A DNA stretch of 64,000 nt. It comes from the human T2T-CHM13v2.0 reference genome, Homo sapiens. A program made the position numbers and the translations under genes. The stretch is from the NCBI RefSeq assembly GCF_009914755.1, contig NC_060933.1. One strand, 5' to 3'. The first letter of the stretch is position 1, and the number at the start of each line of letters is the position of its first letter. Below, in pieces: positions 45,490 through 56,847 of the stretch. The notes beneath the pieces are model-generated. The model saw only the letters and a program-made list of their open reading frames with translations. It made no database searches and was not told where the DNA came from.

Positions 45490-45912
45490 TCTCTTCTCGA
45501 ATTTCATCAAGTCACCTGGAGTACCAGAAGGGCAGCACTTGCCGCACATCCCCTTCTCCATCCTCATCAAAACTCACCTGGAGTATCAGAAAGATAGCAC
45601 TAATCTATTCCCTTCTCTTCTACATCCTTATCAAAGTCTCCTGGAGTACCAGAAGGGCAGCACTCATCCCCCATCTGCTCCTATTCTTTATCCTCATCAA
45701 AGCTCAACTAGAGTAATAGAAGGATAATACTCATTCCCCATCCCCTTCTCCATCCTCATCAAAACTCAACTGGAGCATCAGAAAGGCAGCACTAATCTCC
45801 CACCACTTTCTCCATCCTCATTAAAGTCATCTGAAGTATGAGAAGGACGGCACTCATACTGCAGCCTCTTCTCTTCTCCATGGTCTTGAAGGCTCACCTG
45901 GAGTACCAGAAC
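45490..45912. repeat. Diverged minisatellite, 7 units of 61-67 bp
   Basis: Core CATCCTCATCAAA-CTCACCTGGAGTACCAGAAGGGCAGCACT; anchors at 45516, 45578, 45641, 45708, 45770, 45831, 45898. Confidence 0.9.
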
Positions 45913-45989
45913 AGGCTTGCAAATCACTGCTAGTCTGTAACCTCTTTGCCCTGCAGCCAGGTTACTTTTCAGGGTTGCAAACCTTCAAT

Positions 45990-46066
45990 GAATTTTTAAT
46001 TTTATTTAATTCTAGTTAATTTAAATAGCCTCATGTGGGTAGTAGCTACCATATTGACCAGTGCAG
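45990..46066. mobile_element. MER3/MER33-like hAT terminus
   Basis: TTTAAATAGCCTCATGTGGGTAGTAGCTACCATATTGACCAGTGCAG. Confidence 0.6.
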
Positions 46067-46228
46067 GTCTGGAGTCCCAGGTCCTTAGCCTGACAATAAG
46101 ACCTTTCCTAGCCTGGGCATTACTTCTCATCCAGTCTAGAGTTTTCTAATCATGCTGCATTCACCTGCATCTGCTTTCAGTTTCTTGATCCAGCTGAGAT
46201 ACTTTGTCTTTCCATGCTTTTGTGCAGC

Positions 46229-46310
46229 CATGGGACCAGGACAAGACAAAAGTGGCACCTGAGGCATACAATGTAATGATGTGCTCCCTCTCAGGGTGGT
46301 GCACTGTAAA
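46229..46310. mobile_element. MER91-like hAT-Tip100 fragment
   Basis: GGCACCTGAGGCATACAATGTAATGATGTGCTCCCTCTCAGGGTGGTGCA resembles recalled MER91. Confidence 0.45.
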
Positions 46311-49300
46311 GTCTAGAAAGCTTTTCAATGCTTTCCCTTCTCCATTAGTCCCTGCTCACCTTTCAAGTACCAGCTCAAATGCCTCCTCCATCAGGAAGCC
46401 TTCCCCTAGCACCTTCAGGCAGAACTAAGATGCCCTTCCTTCAATGTCACCACTCTTTTTACAAAGTTTCCTTTACCTGTTTCACCATCCTCCTACACCA
46501 GGTCAGTGCTTTAAGACCAGGAGCCATCTGTCATTTATTTCTATATCCTCAATACTGTCTTGGCTAGAAAAGGTGCTCATTTGGCACCTTTGAAAATGAT
46601 TGAATTGAGTTTTTGAATTCATCTGGCCTGGCCCACAATGACAGCCCCACATTTCTCAAATGTGTTTTAATCTGGGGTTAAAGTCAGGACATATGATGTC
46701 AGCCAACAGAAGGGAGGGGAGAAGTTATCATTTTCATGACGTTAAGTCTAACTTCTAAGTCCAGCTAGACTTTTCCCATGAAAGGTGCCCTGACCACCAC
46801 CACATATTCCTCCACCTTCTACCCTCTGCCCCCATCCCTCCTCTTCCCCACCCACAATATGGTCTTGCTCTGTTGGGCTTCGCCAGAGTTTGGAGTCTGT
46901 TTCATCACCACCCATCCACTCCTACCTCCAGGAGATAATTGGTTGCTGCTGGTCTTGGCAGCAACCTTGAGGCTACACTTGTATTTCTATCAGCACTAAT
47001 TAGTGACTAAATAAACAGCAAGAGAGCCTCAGGATAGGCCCACATGCAGGACTTTCAGACTGGGTGGAAAATGTCAAGACATAATGAAACTCCTTCTCTG
47101 AATCACATCTGGAGAATGAAAAGCTGGGGAAAGCCAAATCCTGAAACACATGAGAAAAATAGGAGAAGGGAGTACAGTTCTCCTTGGAGTTTCTTGCGTC
47201 TTTGTAACATGCTCAGGAGGAGGAAAATTCACATGGCTGGGGAGAGCCAGGAGGCTGCCTTGCCAAACATCTCCTTGCTCTGAGTTTTGCTGTGTGGGAG
47301 GTGCTGCGTGAACCTGTCATGTTGATGAAAGTTTCATGTCTGTGGAATGTTCGGAAGAGGTAAAAGCATTGAAGATTGCTCTAAAATGTGTAACACCTAA
47401 TATGGGACAGGAAGTCACAGCTGTGTGGGCTGCATGGGGTCAGGGCTCATCTCAAACACACTCACTCATAATCAGAGGAGCTGCATCCCAGAGAAGGGAG
47501 GTGACTTTGCTGAGTGCATGGAAAGCTTTTGGAGCAAGAAAGTCTAGGTCTCGAATCCAGGCTCCCTGACTCCCAGGCCAGAGCAATTTCTGCTGTAGCT
47601 CAACAATAGAGGGAATAAGGTTTGGGAAACAGACGCTGACATTTTTTCCTTAATAATGTCCCATTCCACCCTTCAAAATGCCCCCAGCAGAGAGGATGGA
47701 GGACTGAGAAGCTGGTTCTCGGCTCTGGGGCTGTCACATCTCAGTAGGGGTAGACTGACAAGCTCAGAAGTAGGGGCAGATGACCTTGCATTAAGTCAGG
47801 TTCTTTAACTTGTTTGCTTGTGACTGTGGACACATCCTTTAGCTTTCTGGGCTTCACTTTCTTATCTGTGAAATGGGCCTTGTAAACCTGAACTCTTAGG
47901 TCATTTGTGGAAATTAAATGAGATAATGGATAGAAAGTAGCTAATTTAACAGCTCTATTTATGAGAGCAGCTATCCTGTGCCAACTTTGAAGCTACAGAG
48001 CTGCCAGCCTGGTGCCCAGGAGGCTGTGAACATCTATCATGGCTGGCTGGTAGGGGCAAGTTGGGGTAGAGATGCCAGTGAAAGTGGCCCCATTGGCTGC
48101 AGACACTAAATCCAAGGAGTTGCCCTCACTCCCCATGCACCCAGCAGCAGCCCCATTGCAGGCTGGGCTGAGTTCTGTCTGACTCTGCAGCAAACACCCT
48201 TCCCCTCTTCACTTCCCAAGACATCTGGAGCAGCTGACTCAAGCACCAATGAGATAATGTTTTTATTTGTTCTGTTTGTTTTTTGTTTATAAACCTGGGC
48301 TCCTGGGAGAAGCCAGATTCAAAAGTAGGTCTGAGATGTGAAGGTCAGCCTTGAGACTGACCACAGGGCCGAGGCCCAGCTGGGGAAAACACCAGGCCAC
48401 CACACCTAATGGCCAGGCCAACTGCCTGTTGTTGCACTGTTACAGTTCTTCTCCTAGGTGCCCAGCCCTGGGCAGGAGGTGGGGGAGGCAGAGGCACAGC
48501 CTTCTAGGACCCAGTCTTGGAGACCCTCCAGGGTGCTCTGAAAAAGCAAGAGACTATGATAGAATGCAATATGATCGAGCTGTGACAGCAAAAGCTTGTG
48601 GGCTTATTTGAGGATTAAATGAGTTGTAGCAAGTCTTCAAGAATAGCTAACAATTACTCTAATAAAAAGGGAAGCACAGGAGCTTTTGAAGCAGCAAGAA
48701 GGCTCTAAGCTCAGTTTTGGGAGTGGGACAGTGTGGTGTGAAAGGGAGGGAAGTTTTGGCAGGGGCAGGAGGGTGATCTAATTGAGACTGGGCCCTTCTT
48801 CCTCTAGGCTGATGTGTATCCTTATCATATAAACCAGTACTTTTTTCTCCCACTACGTGCTGGAATCTATGCTAGGCTATGCTTTGAGGAGATCACAGAG
48901 ATGTATAGAACTCAGTTTCTGCCCCTGCAGTGCCCATAGGTCGATGAGAAAGAGGATACATGTATAATCACACAATTGTGCAAAGCCTGCAGGAACACTC
49001 TGCAACATCCCAAGCTTCTGAGCCTCTCAAAGCCTCAGTTTCCCCATCTGGACCTATACAATTGGTATCATAATTATATGCTATCTTGCAAGGCTTTTGT
49101 GCAACAGTCCTGTAGTAAAGCAGTTAATAGTAGTAAAGCAATTAGCAGAGCTCCTAGCCCATTTTAAAAGCCCAGTAAATGCTGCTTAGTAGGATGATAG
49201 TGGTGATAAGTATTGTCCTGAGCCACTAAAGTGGGGGCAGTGGATGTATGGTGAGGATGGGAAAGGGGACATTTGGTTTGAAACATAAAAGATGAATAAG

Positions 49301-49697
49301 AGTCAAGTATGCAGAGGGATCAATGCAGAAAAAGAACTGGCAGGGAGGATGGTACTACATTCTGGGAAAACAATAGCAGCTGTGATGTGGGTTAATATGA
49401 AGGCTGAGCCCCTTCTCGAGCATCTGCAGGTGCTTGGAAAGATGAAGAGTCACTTCAAGGACTTCAAGAATCTTGGATGTCAATGTATAGGTTTTGTCTT
49501 GTAGACCAATGGTTTTAAATACTCTCTTCTCTTCTTTCCTTCCTTTCTTCTTTTCTTTTCCTTTCTCCCTCCCTGTCTTCCTCTCTCTCCATTTCCTTTT
49601 AGCAATTGAACTTTTCATTTGAAAGCAATGTTAAACAGAAGCCCATTATAAAGAACAAATAGAGGTGGAACTGCTGTTTGAAAGTTACCTATGGAAC

Positions 49698-50150
49698 TAC
49701 CATAGCTGGGGGTTTCCCCAGAAAGCACGGCCTGAGATAAGCATTTGTGCGCAGGTAGTTGCTTTTTGGATACAACCTCAGGGAACAGTAACAAGGGGGT
49801 AGGACATGAGGAAAGGAAGAAAGCCAATACCAGTGGTGCCATGTCCAGCTAATCATCACCATGGACAATGGAGGCTGGATTCTGCAGGGACCTTCTGAGG
49901 ACCATATAGAAAGTCCTTCAAAATTGTCTGCCTGATGGTGAGAAATGGGGTCACAAAATCCACCTGCTTTCTGCCCCCGTTGGTTAAGGATTGCCCCTTA
50001 ACTCCCTTGCATTTTCAAGTTTTCCTGAGCGTAGATGTTGAGCAGGGTACCATGGTTGCCCTACTTCTTGATGTTCCAGAAGCCCCGGGGCAGTAAGTCA
50101 GCAAGATGGAGGTGCAGCTGGGGGCATTGCCTAGACCCCACTGGCAATGG
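49698..50150 (-). mobile_element. Ancient ERVL LTR (LTR33/LTR16-like)
   Basis: GGGTTTCCCCAGAAAGCACGGCCTGAGATAAGCATTTGTGCGCAGGTAGTT; far boundary approximate. Confidence 0.55.
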
Positions 50151-50336
50151 CTAGGGTAGAAGGTGGATTGAAAAGATGTGAGGCAGGGCACAGGTGTGAA
50201 TGCAAGATCTCATGACAGTTTGAGACTGGGGAGAAATGAATAGGGACAGGAAGTCCATTTAGGCAACAATTGGTGCCACAGACCAGGGAACAAGTTGTGA
50301 GGGAGGGAAGCAAATAACTTGGAGTGAGAAGGAAGG

Positions 50337-50384
50337 GGAGAATGGTTAGGGAGCTAGAATGGAGAATGGTTAGGGAGCTAGAAT
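50337..50384. repeat. Perfect 24-bp tandem duplication
   Basis: GGAGAATGGTTAGGGAGCTAGAAT twice. Confidence 0.95.
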
Positions 50385-52736
50385 CCGTGGGGCTTGGGGA
50401 TCACTTGGATGTGGGAGATGAGAGTGACTGGAGTGGTTGTTAGGTGTTCAGCTGGGGCACTAGACAAAGTGCAGTGCTGCTCACCCAAACAAGAGACTCA
50501 GAAGTTGGAGGAGATTTATTTATCCATTTATTTTAATGGAACAGATTTTTTTTTTTCCTTTTCCAGGTGGAGAGAAAATGAGCCCTCAGCTTTCCTGTAA
50601 GCCTCTACTAAGTGGCTTCCTGTCTGCATGAAACAGAAAGAAATTCCAGAATCATGCAAGTGGGGTTGGGACAGGGTGGGTAGTGTATGCTTAGGACTTG
50701 CCTTTTTTTTTTTTTTTTTTTTTTGCCTCCATTGCTCTTGTATCTACAGAGCAACTACCTCCTTCTCTACTGACTTGTACGCACAGAGTCCTGATACTGG
50801 AAAGACCCTCTCTTTGTGTGGAAAGAAATGCTGGGCACAATGAAGTGATGCACCTGTGTTCATGCCGTGAGCTGGGATGTGAATGCTGATTGTAACCCAG
50901 GCCTGATTCTTATTCTTCTCCCCTTCCCTTCCATGCCTCCTGTAGCTCCTTTCTGTTCCCTGCCTGCTTTCTTAGAATGGGTCTAGGGATACCATGAGGT
51001 TTTGGTTATTCCCTATTCAAACAAGCAAACACAAAGCATTGTCTGTGTACAGCCTTTAAAGTATGCAATACCATTTTCCAGTTACTGCCTCCCTTCAGCT
51101 CCAGTTTTCTCCTCTTCCATCCAGGGTGAAACTGGTCCACAGAGCAGTAGTGTGATCTTCCCAAGGTCTCATGACCAGGAAGAAGAGGTGAGACCTGGAT
51201 CTGAAACCAGGCTTCCTGGATCTTTCTCTATTTCTAATGTGGGGTTGAAATCATGTCCTTGGTGCCCCCAAGATAACATATATAAGCTTCTAACACATAG
51301 CAGCTACCCATTTGGCGCTATTTTCCTCTCTTTCTCCTCTGATCTCTTTCTATCAAACCATGCTGTTGCTCCCAAAGTTCCTCCAGCCAGTACTTTCCTG
51401 AGGAGTTCCTGGATTACTCTGTGCCTTTATAGAAAAACAAGAATGGTAAATACACTTCTTGCAGCCCAGACAATGTCTCTAATTGCTCTGAGCGTACATC
51501 TCATGTCCGTCAGGATAAAGTTCAGAACCTTAACCTGGCATCAAGGTATTCCACATGCACTCCAGCCTCTCTAATTCTGCCTTCTCTTTGAAACCATTCT
51601 GAAAGCACTGGGCAGAGTTCCTTGTCCTCTCAGTTATAGCTCTACAGTTAAAGCACTTAAACCCTCAAAGTTATTGTCTATTTGGGAAACTGTACCCACC
51701 CCAAGACTGTGCTGCTTGAGAGTCAGATAAGCCTTATTTACATCATTTTCCTCTATGAATCAGCACAGAGCCTGGCACAGGTAAGTACTCAGTAAATATT
51801 TGTTGAATTAATGCCACAATCGATGTATACATAAATCAGTGACTCAATGAATGAGGGTAGTGATACCTGCCCTTAATGAACTTGCAGAGTTAGTGTGGTA
51901 CAGATGCAAGATGTATAACTATAAGGTTCCAGACAGATACAGAGCATTATTCCCATGGGTTTATAAGATGGACCTTGAAGAGTTAGCATGTGTGCTCACA
52001 TAACCTGTATTGGCTGCTGTAGGTGCTGCTCTTCGGGTAGCAGGGCCAAGGAGAACCTTGCAAAGTAACCTCATGTATCTTTATGGAAGGAACCATGTTG
52101 TAGTTTCTGAATGGAGCTTGGCATAGACAAAGCATGCAGTTCATAGTTAGTATCAATAGTGGCAGATTCAAACCATGGGGCAGTGTGTATTCCATGCAGT
52201 GAGTCACCTGGAAATTCCAAAAAGCTCAAATTGATCTTATCTTCCTAACTTCACTCAAATTTTCTGAGTCTCAGTTTTCTCAGCTCTAAATGGAGCCATA
52301 ATAGGGACCACCTCCCAGAGTGATTGCGTAAGAATTATGCAGATTACACAATGTATGGCTGTGGCTCCCAAAAGTTCCTCCAGTTAATGCTTTCCTGAGG
52401 AGTTCCTGGATTACTCTGTTCCTTTACAGAAAACCAAAAATTGTATATAGACTCAAGCATTGCCTGTGTACAATCTTTAGAGTATCTAATGCCATTTTTC
52501 AGTTATTACTGCCTTTCAGCCCCAATTTTCTCCTCTTTCATTCAGGGTGAAACTGGTCCACAGAGCAGTAGAGTGATCTTCCCACGGTCTTCCTAGTGAC
52601 AACTGGTTGGAGCAATGTTCGCTCTCTAGCTAGTATCTAGACATAGAGTAATGAGCATCAACCAAGTATGTGCCCAGGCTTGAGAATCTGCCCTATAGAA
52701 GTACACAATATTACATTAAATATTTACAAAGATCTC

Positions 52737-53198
52737 ACTTTCCAACTTGGGCCTGGCAGAGTGGCTCCCGCAAAGAAGGGTGGTGAGAAGAAAAAGGGCC
52801 ATTCTGCCATCAATGAAGCAGTGACCGGAGAATACACCAACATCATTCACAAGCACATCCATGAAGTGGGCTTCAAGAAACATCCCCCTTGGACATTCAA
52901 AGAGATCTGGAAATTTGCCATGAAGGAGATGGGAATTCCAGATGTGTGCATTGATACTAGGTTCAACAGACCTGTCTGGGCCAAAGGAATAAAGAATGTC
53001 CCATACAGTATCTGTGTGCAGTTGTCCAGAAAACGTAATGAGGATGAAGATCCTCATTAAGTAAGTTGTATACTTTGGTTGCCTATGTACCTGCTACCGC
53101 TCTCAAGAATCTACAGACAGTCAACGTGGATGAGAACTAACCAGTGATTGTCAAATATATCAAAGTTATAAAATTGCCAAAAAAAAAAAAAAAAAAAA
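52737..53198 (+). pseudogene. RPL31: Processed pseudogene of 60S ribosomal protein L31 (eL31)
   Basis: Intronless [17 protein letters not shown]...RKRNEDED...[10 protein letters not shown] (52761-53140). Includes 5'UTR CTTTCCAACTTGGGC, 3'UTR and poly(A) at 53179-53198. ATG changed to GTG at 52761; a 2-nt insertion near 53053 shifts the frame. Confidence 0.96.
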
Positions 53199-55689
53199 GA
53201 CCTACAGGAAGCTGCTCTGAAGAGGAGAGCCATGGGCCACATGTCTTCATTCCTTCAGTCTGCATGGTTGATTCTGGTCTTGTCGGGTTTAGAAAACAGC
53301 TTCATTTATTAACAGAAGGGCATAGGGCTGAGAATGGGCCCTCTGGAAGAAGGCAATTTGAAAGAGATAGGTCCTCAAGACCCCAGCCAAGAAACCTAAG
53401 GTGTCAGACCAGGCACTTGTCAAAGCAGGAAATGAGACTTGTGTCAGGAGTGAGGGGGAGGCTGGGGTATCAATGAGTACATCTTGTCCTAGATGGAGGT
53501 GTTCTGTAGCAGCCCAGGGGCAGAGAGCTGACTCACCAGACAACAGACACAGTAGCAGTGACCAGCACATGACTGCTCTCAGAGAGGAGACGATATTGGA
53601 CTATGCTTCTAAATTATGTACCACACTGCTGCATTGATTCAGGTAAGGCAGGGTAGGGCTGGACTTGTAAGCTGAAGGCCTTGTGGGTTGCTGGAGATTT
53701 GGCCTGGGGAAAGTAGGAGCTGACAGCTGCAGTCTCACTTTTTGTACAGACACAGGTTAGATATATTCTCTGCTTGACTCGAAGCTATTGTGTTGGCAAA
53801 GACCCTGTCCCAGTCTTTGGTTTTCTCTGTATTAGTGGAACTAAGCATGATGCCAGGCACATGGGAGGTGTTCAGTAAATCACTGCAGAATTTAGGAATA
53901 AACATGTAGAGCTGGGGAATGTGTGTTTTAGGGTGGGGGAAGGTGGACACGTTGTCCTAAGAAAAGTATAACTCTAGGATTTGAAATCTTATCCTCTTCA
54001 ACCTGAGACCTTCTCAGGTAATCGTAGACAGGATTCATGAACACACTTCCAGGGCAAACACATTTCATGTTGATGCAGAGTATCTGGGACTTGGAAGAAA
54101 CAACTCCTTATCTGAAGGATAATTTAGCAATTAGGAGCTGAGGCCTAACAGAAGGTTACCTAACATGTCTGTGTCTGCTTTCTCATCTGTAAAACAAGGG
54201 GCTAATGCCTGTTCATGGGGTAACTGAGGAGTTGGTGAGATGACGTGTGAGAAATTAGCAGTCCACAGCACAGCTTGATAAATGTTTGTTGAATGGCAAA
54301 TGCCATTCTGGTGACTAAAGTTCACCATGGCTCAGTTCTGCTTTCTGCCTTGACTCATCCTCCTTGTTGTCTGCCAAAAATCATTCTGTGCCCAACCTGG
54401 TTCCTTCTCAAACTAAGAGGTCCATTCACAACACTAGCTGGCATCAGGTAGGAAGCCACCCTTGGTCATCTGCTGCTCATCCTCGGGGGACAGACAGTGA
54501 TGGACAGGCAGACTCTGAAAGTGGAGCTGAGTCTTGAGCACTGAGCATGTCATCCATCATTGAAGCCACTTCGAGAGGAGAGGAAAGTAGTCAGTAGTGT
54601 CACCTACTGACTGGCACTGCTGGTAGCAGGGGGTCTTATTTTAGCAATGCCTCTGAGCTCATGCAAGTATCATTGGGAAGCAGGATTAGGTTTGCTAAAT
54701 ATATAATTAAATAAGATGAAATATCAGAGAAGAGGTACAGATGAAGATTATGGAGTTATAAAACAATAGATTGGGAAAAGGCCATGATGGTTTCTTTATA
54801 TATTCCCTAAGAAAAATAACAAAGCAGCAAATTTCAACTGTAGAGAGCACATGTAGAAACCCACAGGGAGAATCATTAGTGGGTTGAAGGCTGGGATGCA
54901 TCACTGAAGAGAGAAAGAGAGGAGAATCTGCATTTATTGGCTGCATGGTCTGAGCCAGGCCCTTCCCATGTACACTGTAGTCCTACATGGGAAAGATTAC
55001 TATTTCTGTTTTAGTGAAATGGAAACTAATGCTCAGGTTTGTTAAGTAACTCGCACACACCCATGATATTTGTGAGTGTCAGAGCTTGGCCTTGTATGTC
55101 CAAAGGGCATTGTTCTATGGAGTCACACTGTCCAATAGCCCTTCTGGTTTATAAAGAAACTTTTAATGTAAATCTTGTCTAATTGTTTCAGCAAAGATCA
55201 GAGAAGGACTTCAGGGTGAACCTTTTACTTAAAGAGGGTGTTTGGAACACTTTAATCAAATTTCCATTGTAGTCTATCAATCATCTACCACTCTATGTAT
55301 GTTTTTGACATGTTCCCATAATGGCCTAGTTGCCCAAACCATGGCTCTATTGACAGGTGCATTCTCCTTTATTTCTCTAAAGCATGAGGCTCGACCAACC
55401 CCATCTCTGTTCTTGTTTGGCTCTACCTGTCATCAGCCATAAACTAATCCCATACTCCCAGCTTTTCCCCCTGTTAAAAGCTCCCAGCTCCAATACAACT
55501 TCCAACATGGAAGCCAGAGTGATCTTCTCGAATTCTGGATCTACTAATGTCCCAACTTTGCCCTCACATTTAGAAGGGTTATCTCTTGCCACCACATTTT
55601 ATCCAGTTCTGTGGTCTGGAATTCAATTTATCCATTTTTTTTTTCAGTGTTTCAAAAAACAAAACATTGGTTTTTTTTTGCTGTCCCAG

Positions 55690-56450
55690 ATAAGAAAGAT
55701 TTGCTTAACCAAAGGTCATAAAAATTTACTCCTATCTTCTCTTCTAAGAGTTATATAGTTAGTTATAGTTTTTGCATATACGTCTGTACAAATTTTAAGT
55801 TATTTTTTATATATTTATTTTTAGATGTTACATCATTTGATTAATACAATAAATTTACTCTATTTTCTATTAACATTTCCATTACATACTGCAGTTTTAT
55901 AGAGAATACATTGATTTGTATGTATTTATTTGTAACCATTAGCCATTCTAAACTCAAGGAAGATTTTTGTTTGTTTGTTTTTTCAGGGTTAAGAAACAGA
56001 AAATAATGATTAATTTTTAAATCTCCCTTTTTGAATAGTTATATTGCTTTTTACTTTATTTTTCTGACTTAAACAAACATCCTAAATAATGTTAAATAAT
56101 AATAGGTGATAGTGGACATCTGTATCTTGTTCTCAAATTTAGTGGTAATGAACCTGGTGTTTGTTCGAAATTGACTTCAGATATTCTTTACCATGTCAAA
56201 ACTATTGCTCTATTCCTTCTCTACTATTTCTAGTTGAATCCAGACAGTATAGTAAATTTATTGTTATCTGTTTTTTGCTCTGTTAATCACTTAATGAAAT
56301 GATGTAATGCAGTTATCAACATTTTCAGTATTGAACCATCCTTGCATTTCTGGAATGAATCCTGCTTAGTCATAGTGCATTATTCTTTTAAGATACTTCT
56401 GGTTTGGAACTGCTACCATTACATTTATGATACTTGCACAAATGATATTG
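55690..56450 (-). mobile_element. Degraded L1M ORF2-region fragments
   Basis: GGTGATAGTGGACATCTGTATCTTGTTC; GTATTGAACCATCCTTGCATTTCTGGAATGAATCC. Confidence 0.6.
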
Positions 56451-56693
56451 CCCCACATCAATATATGACAAATTCCCTTTCTTGGACCAAGCCAAACTAC
56501 ATTTAAAAAGTAGGTAAACAAGGAAAGGCCTAGATGAGGCTTCAGGATCTAATTTTTACTTATTTTAGAGAGCCTGATAATTGTTCATGTGACAAAGTGC
56601 TTATATCACAGTTTCTCATTTTAAGGTCCTGCCCTATTTTGGCAAAGCATTGAAAGGAAGTACTAAAGCATCACAGGGCAGTCTCAGTAAAAT

Positions 56694-56847
56694 AAAACTA
56701 CAATAATACAGTAGTTATACAAACTACAATAATACAGTAGTTATACGGTAGTTATACAATAATACAGCAGTTATACAATAATACAGTAGTTCTGCAATTG
56801 TATACAGTAGTTATACAACCAAGAAAACTACAATAATACAGTAGTTA
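56694..56847. repeat. AT-rich short tandem array, core TACAATAATACAGTAGTTA
   Basis: About 6 full or partial copies read directly. Confidence 0.9.

Noticed and set aside
45490-45912. Repeat-spacer appearance resembling a CRISPR array
   Set aside because: Primate DNA with no cas genes; the repeats are degenerate and the 'spacers' are related to each other, as in a minisatellite.
51002-51574. 190-aa ORF
   Set aside because: Non-ATG start, no recognisable homology, and it runs across duplicated blocks and MIR/L2-derived sequence.
51771-51790. Perfect donor CAG|GTAAGT (also near 61417)
   Set aside because: Lies in L2/MIR-derived sequence with no clear paired acceptor.
52725-53206. TSD for the RPL31 retrocopy
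   Set aside because: Only a weak AAAGATCT / AAAGACCT match, not enough to call.
54589-54612. 9-bp hairpin AGTCAGTAG/CTACTGACT
   Set aside because: Within chance expectation and has no supporting context.
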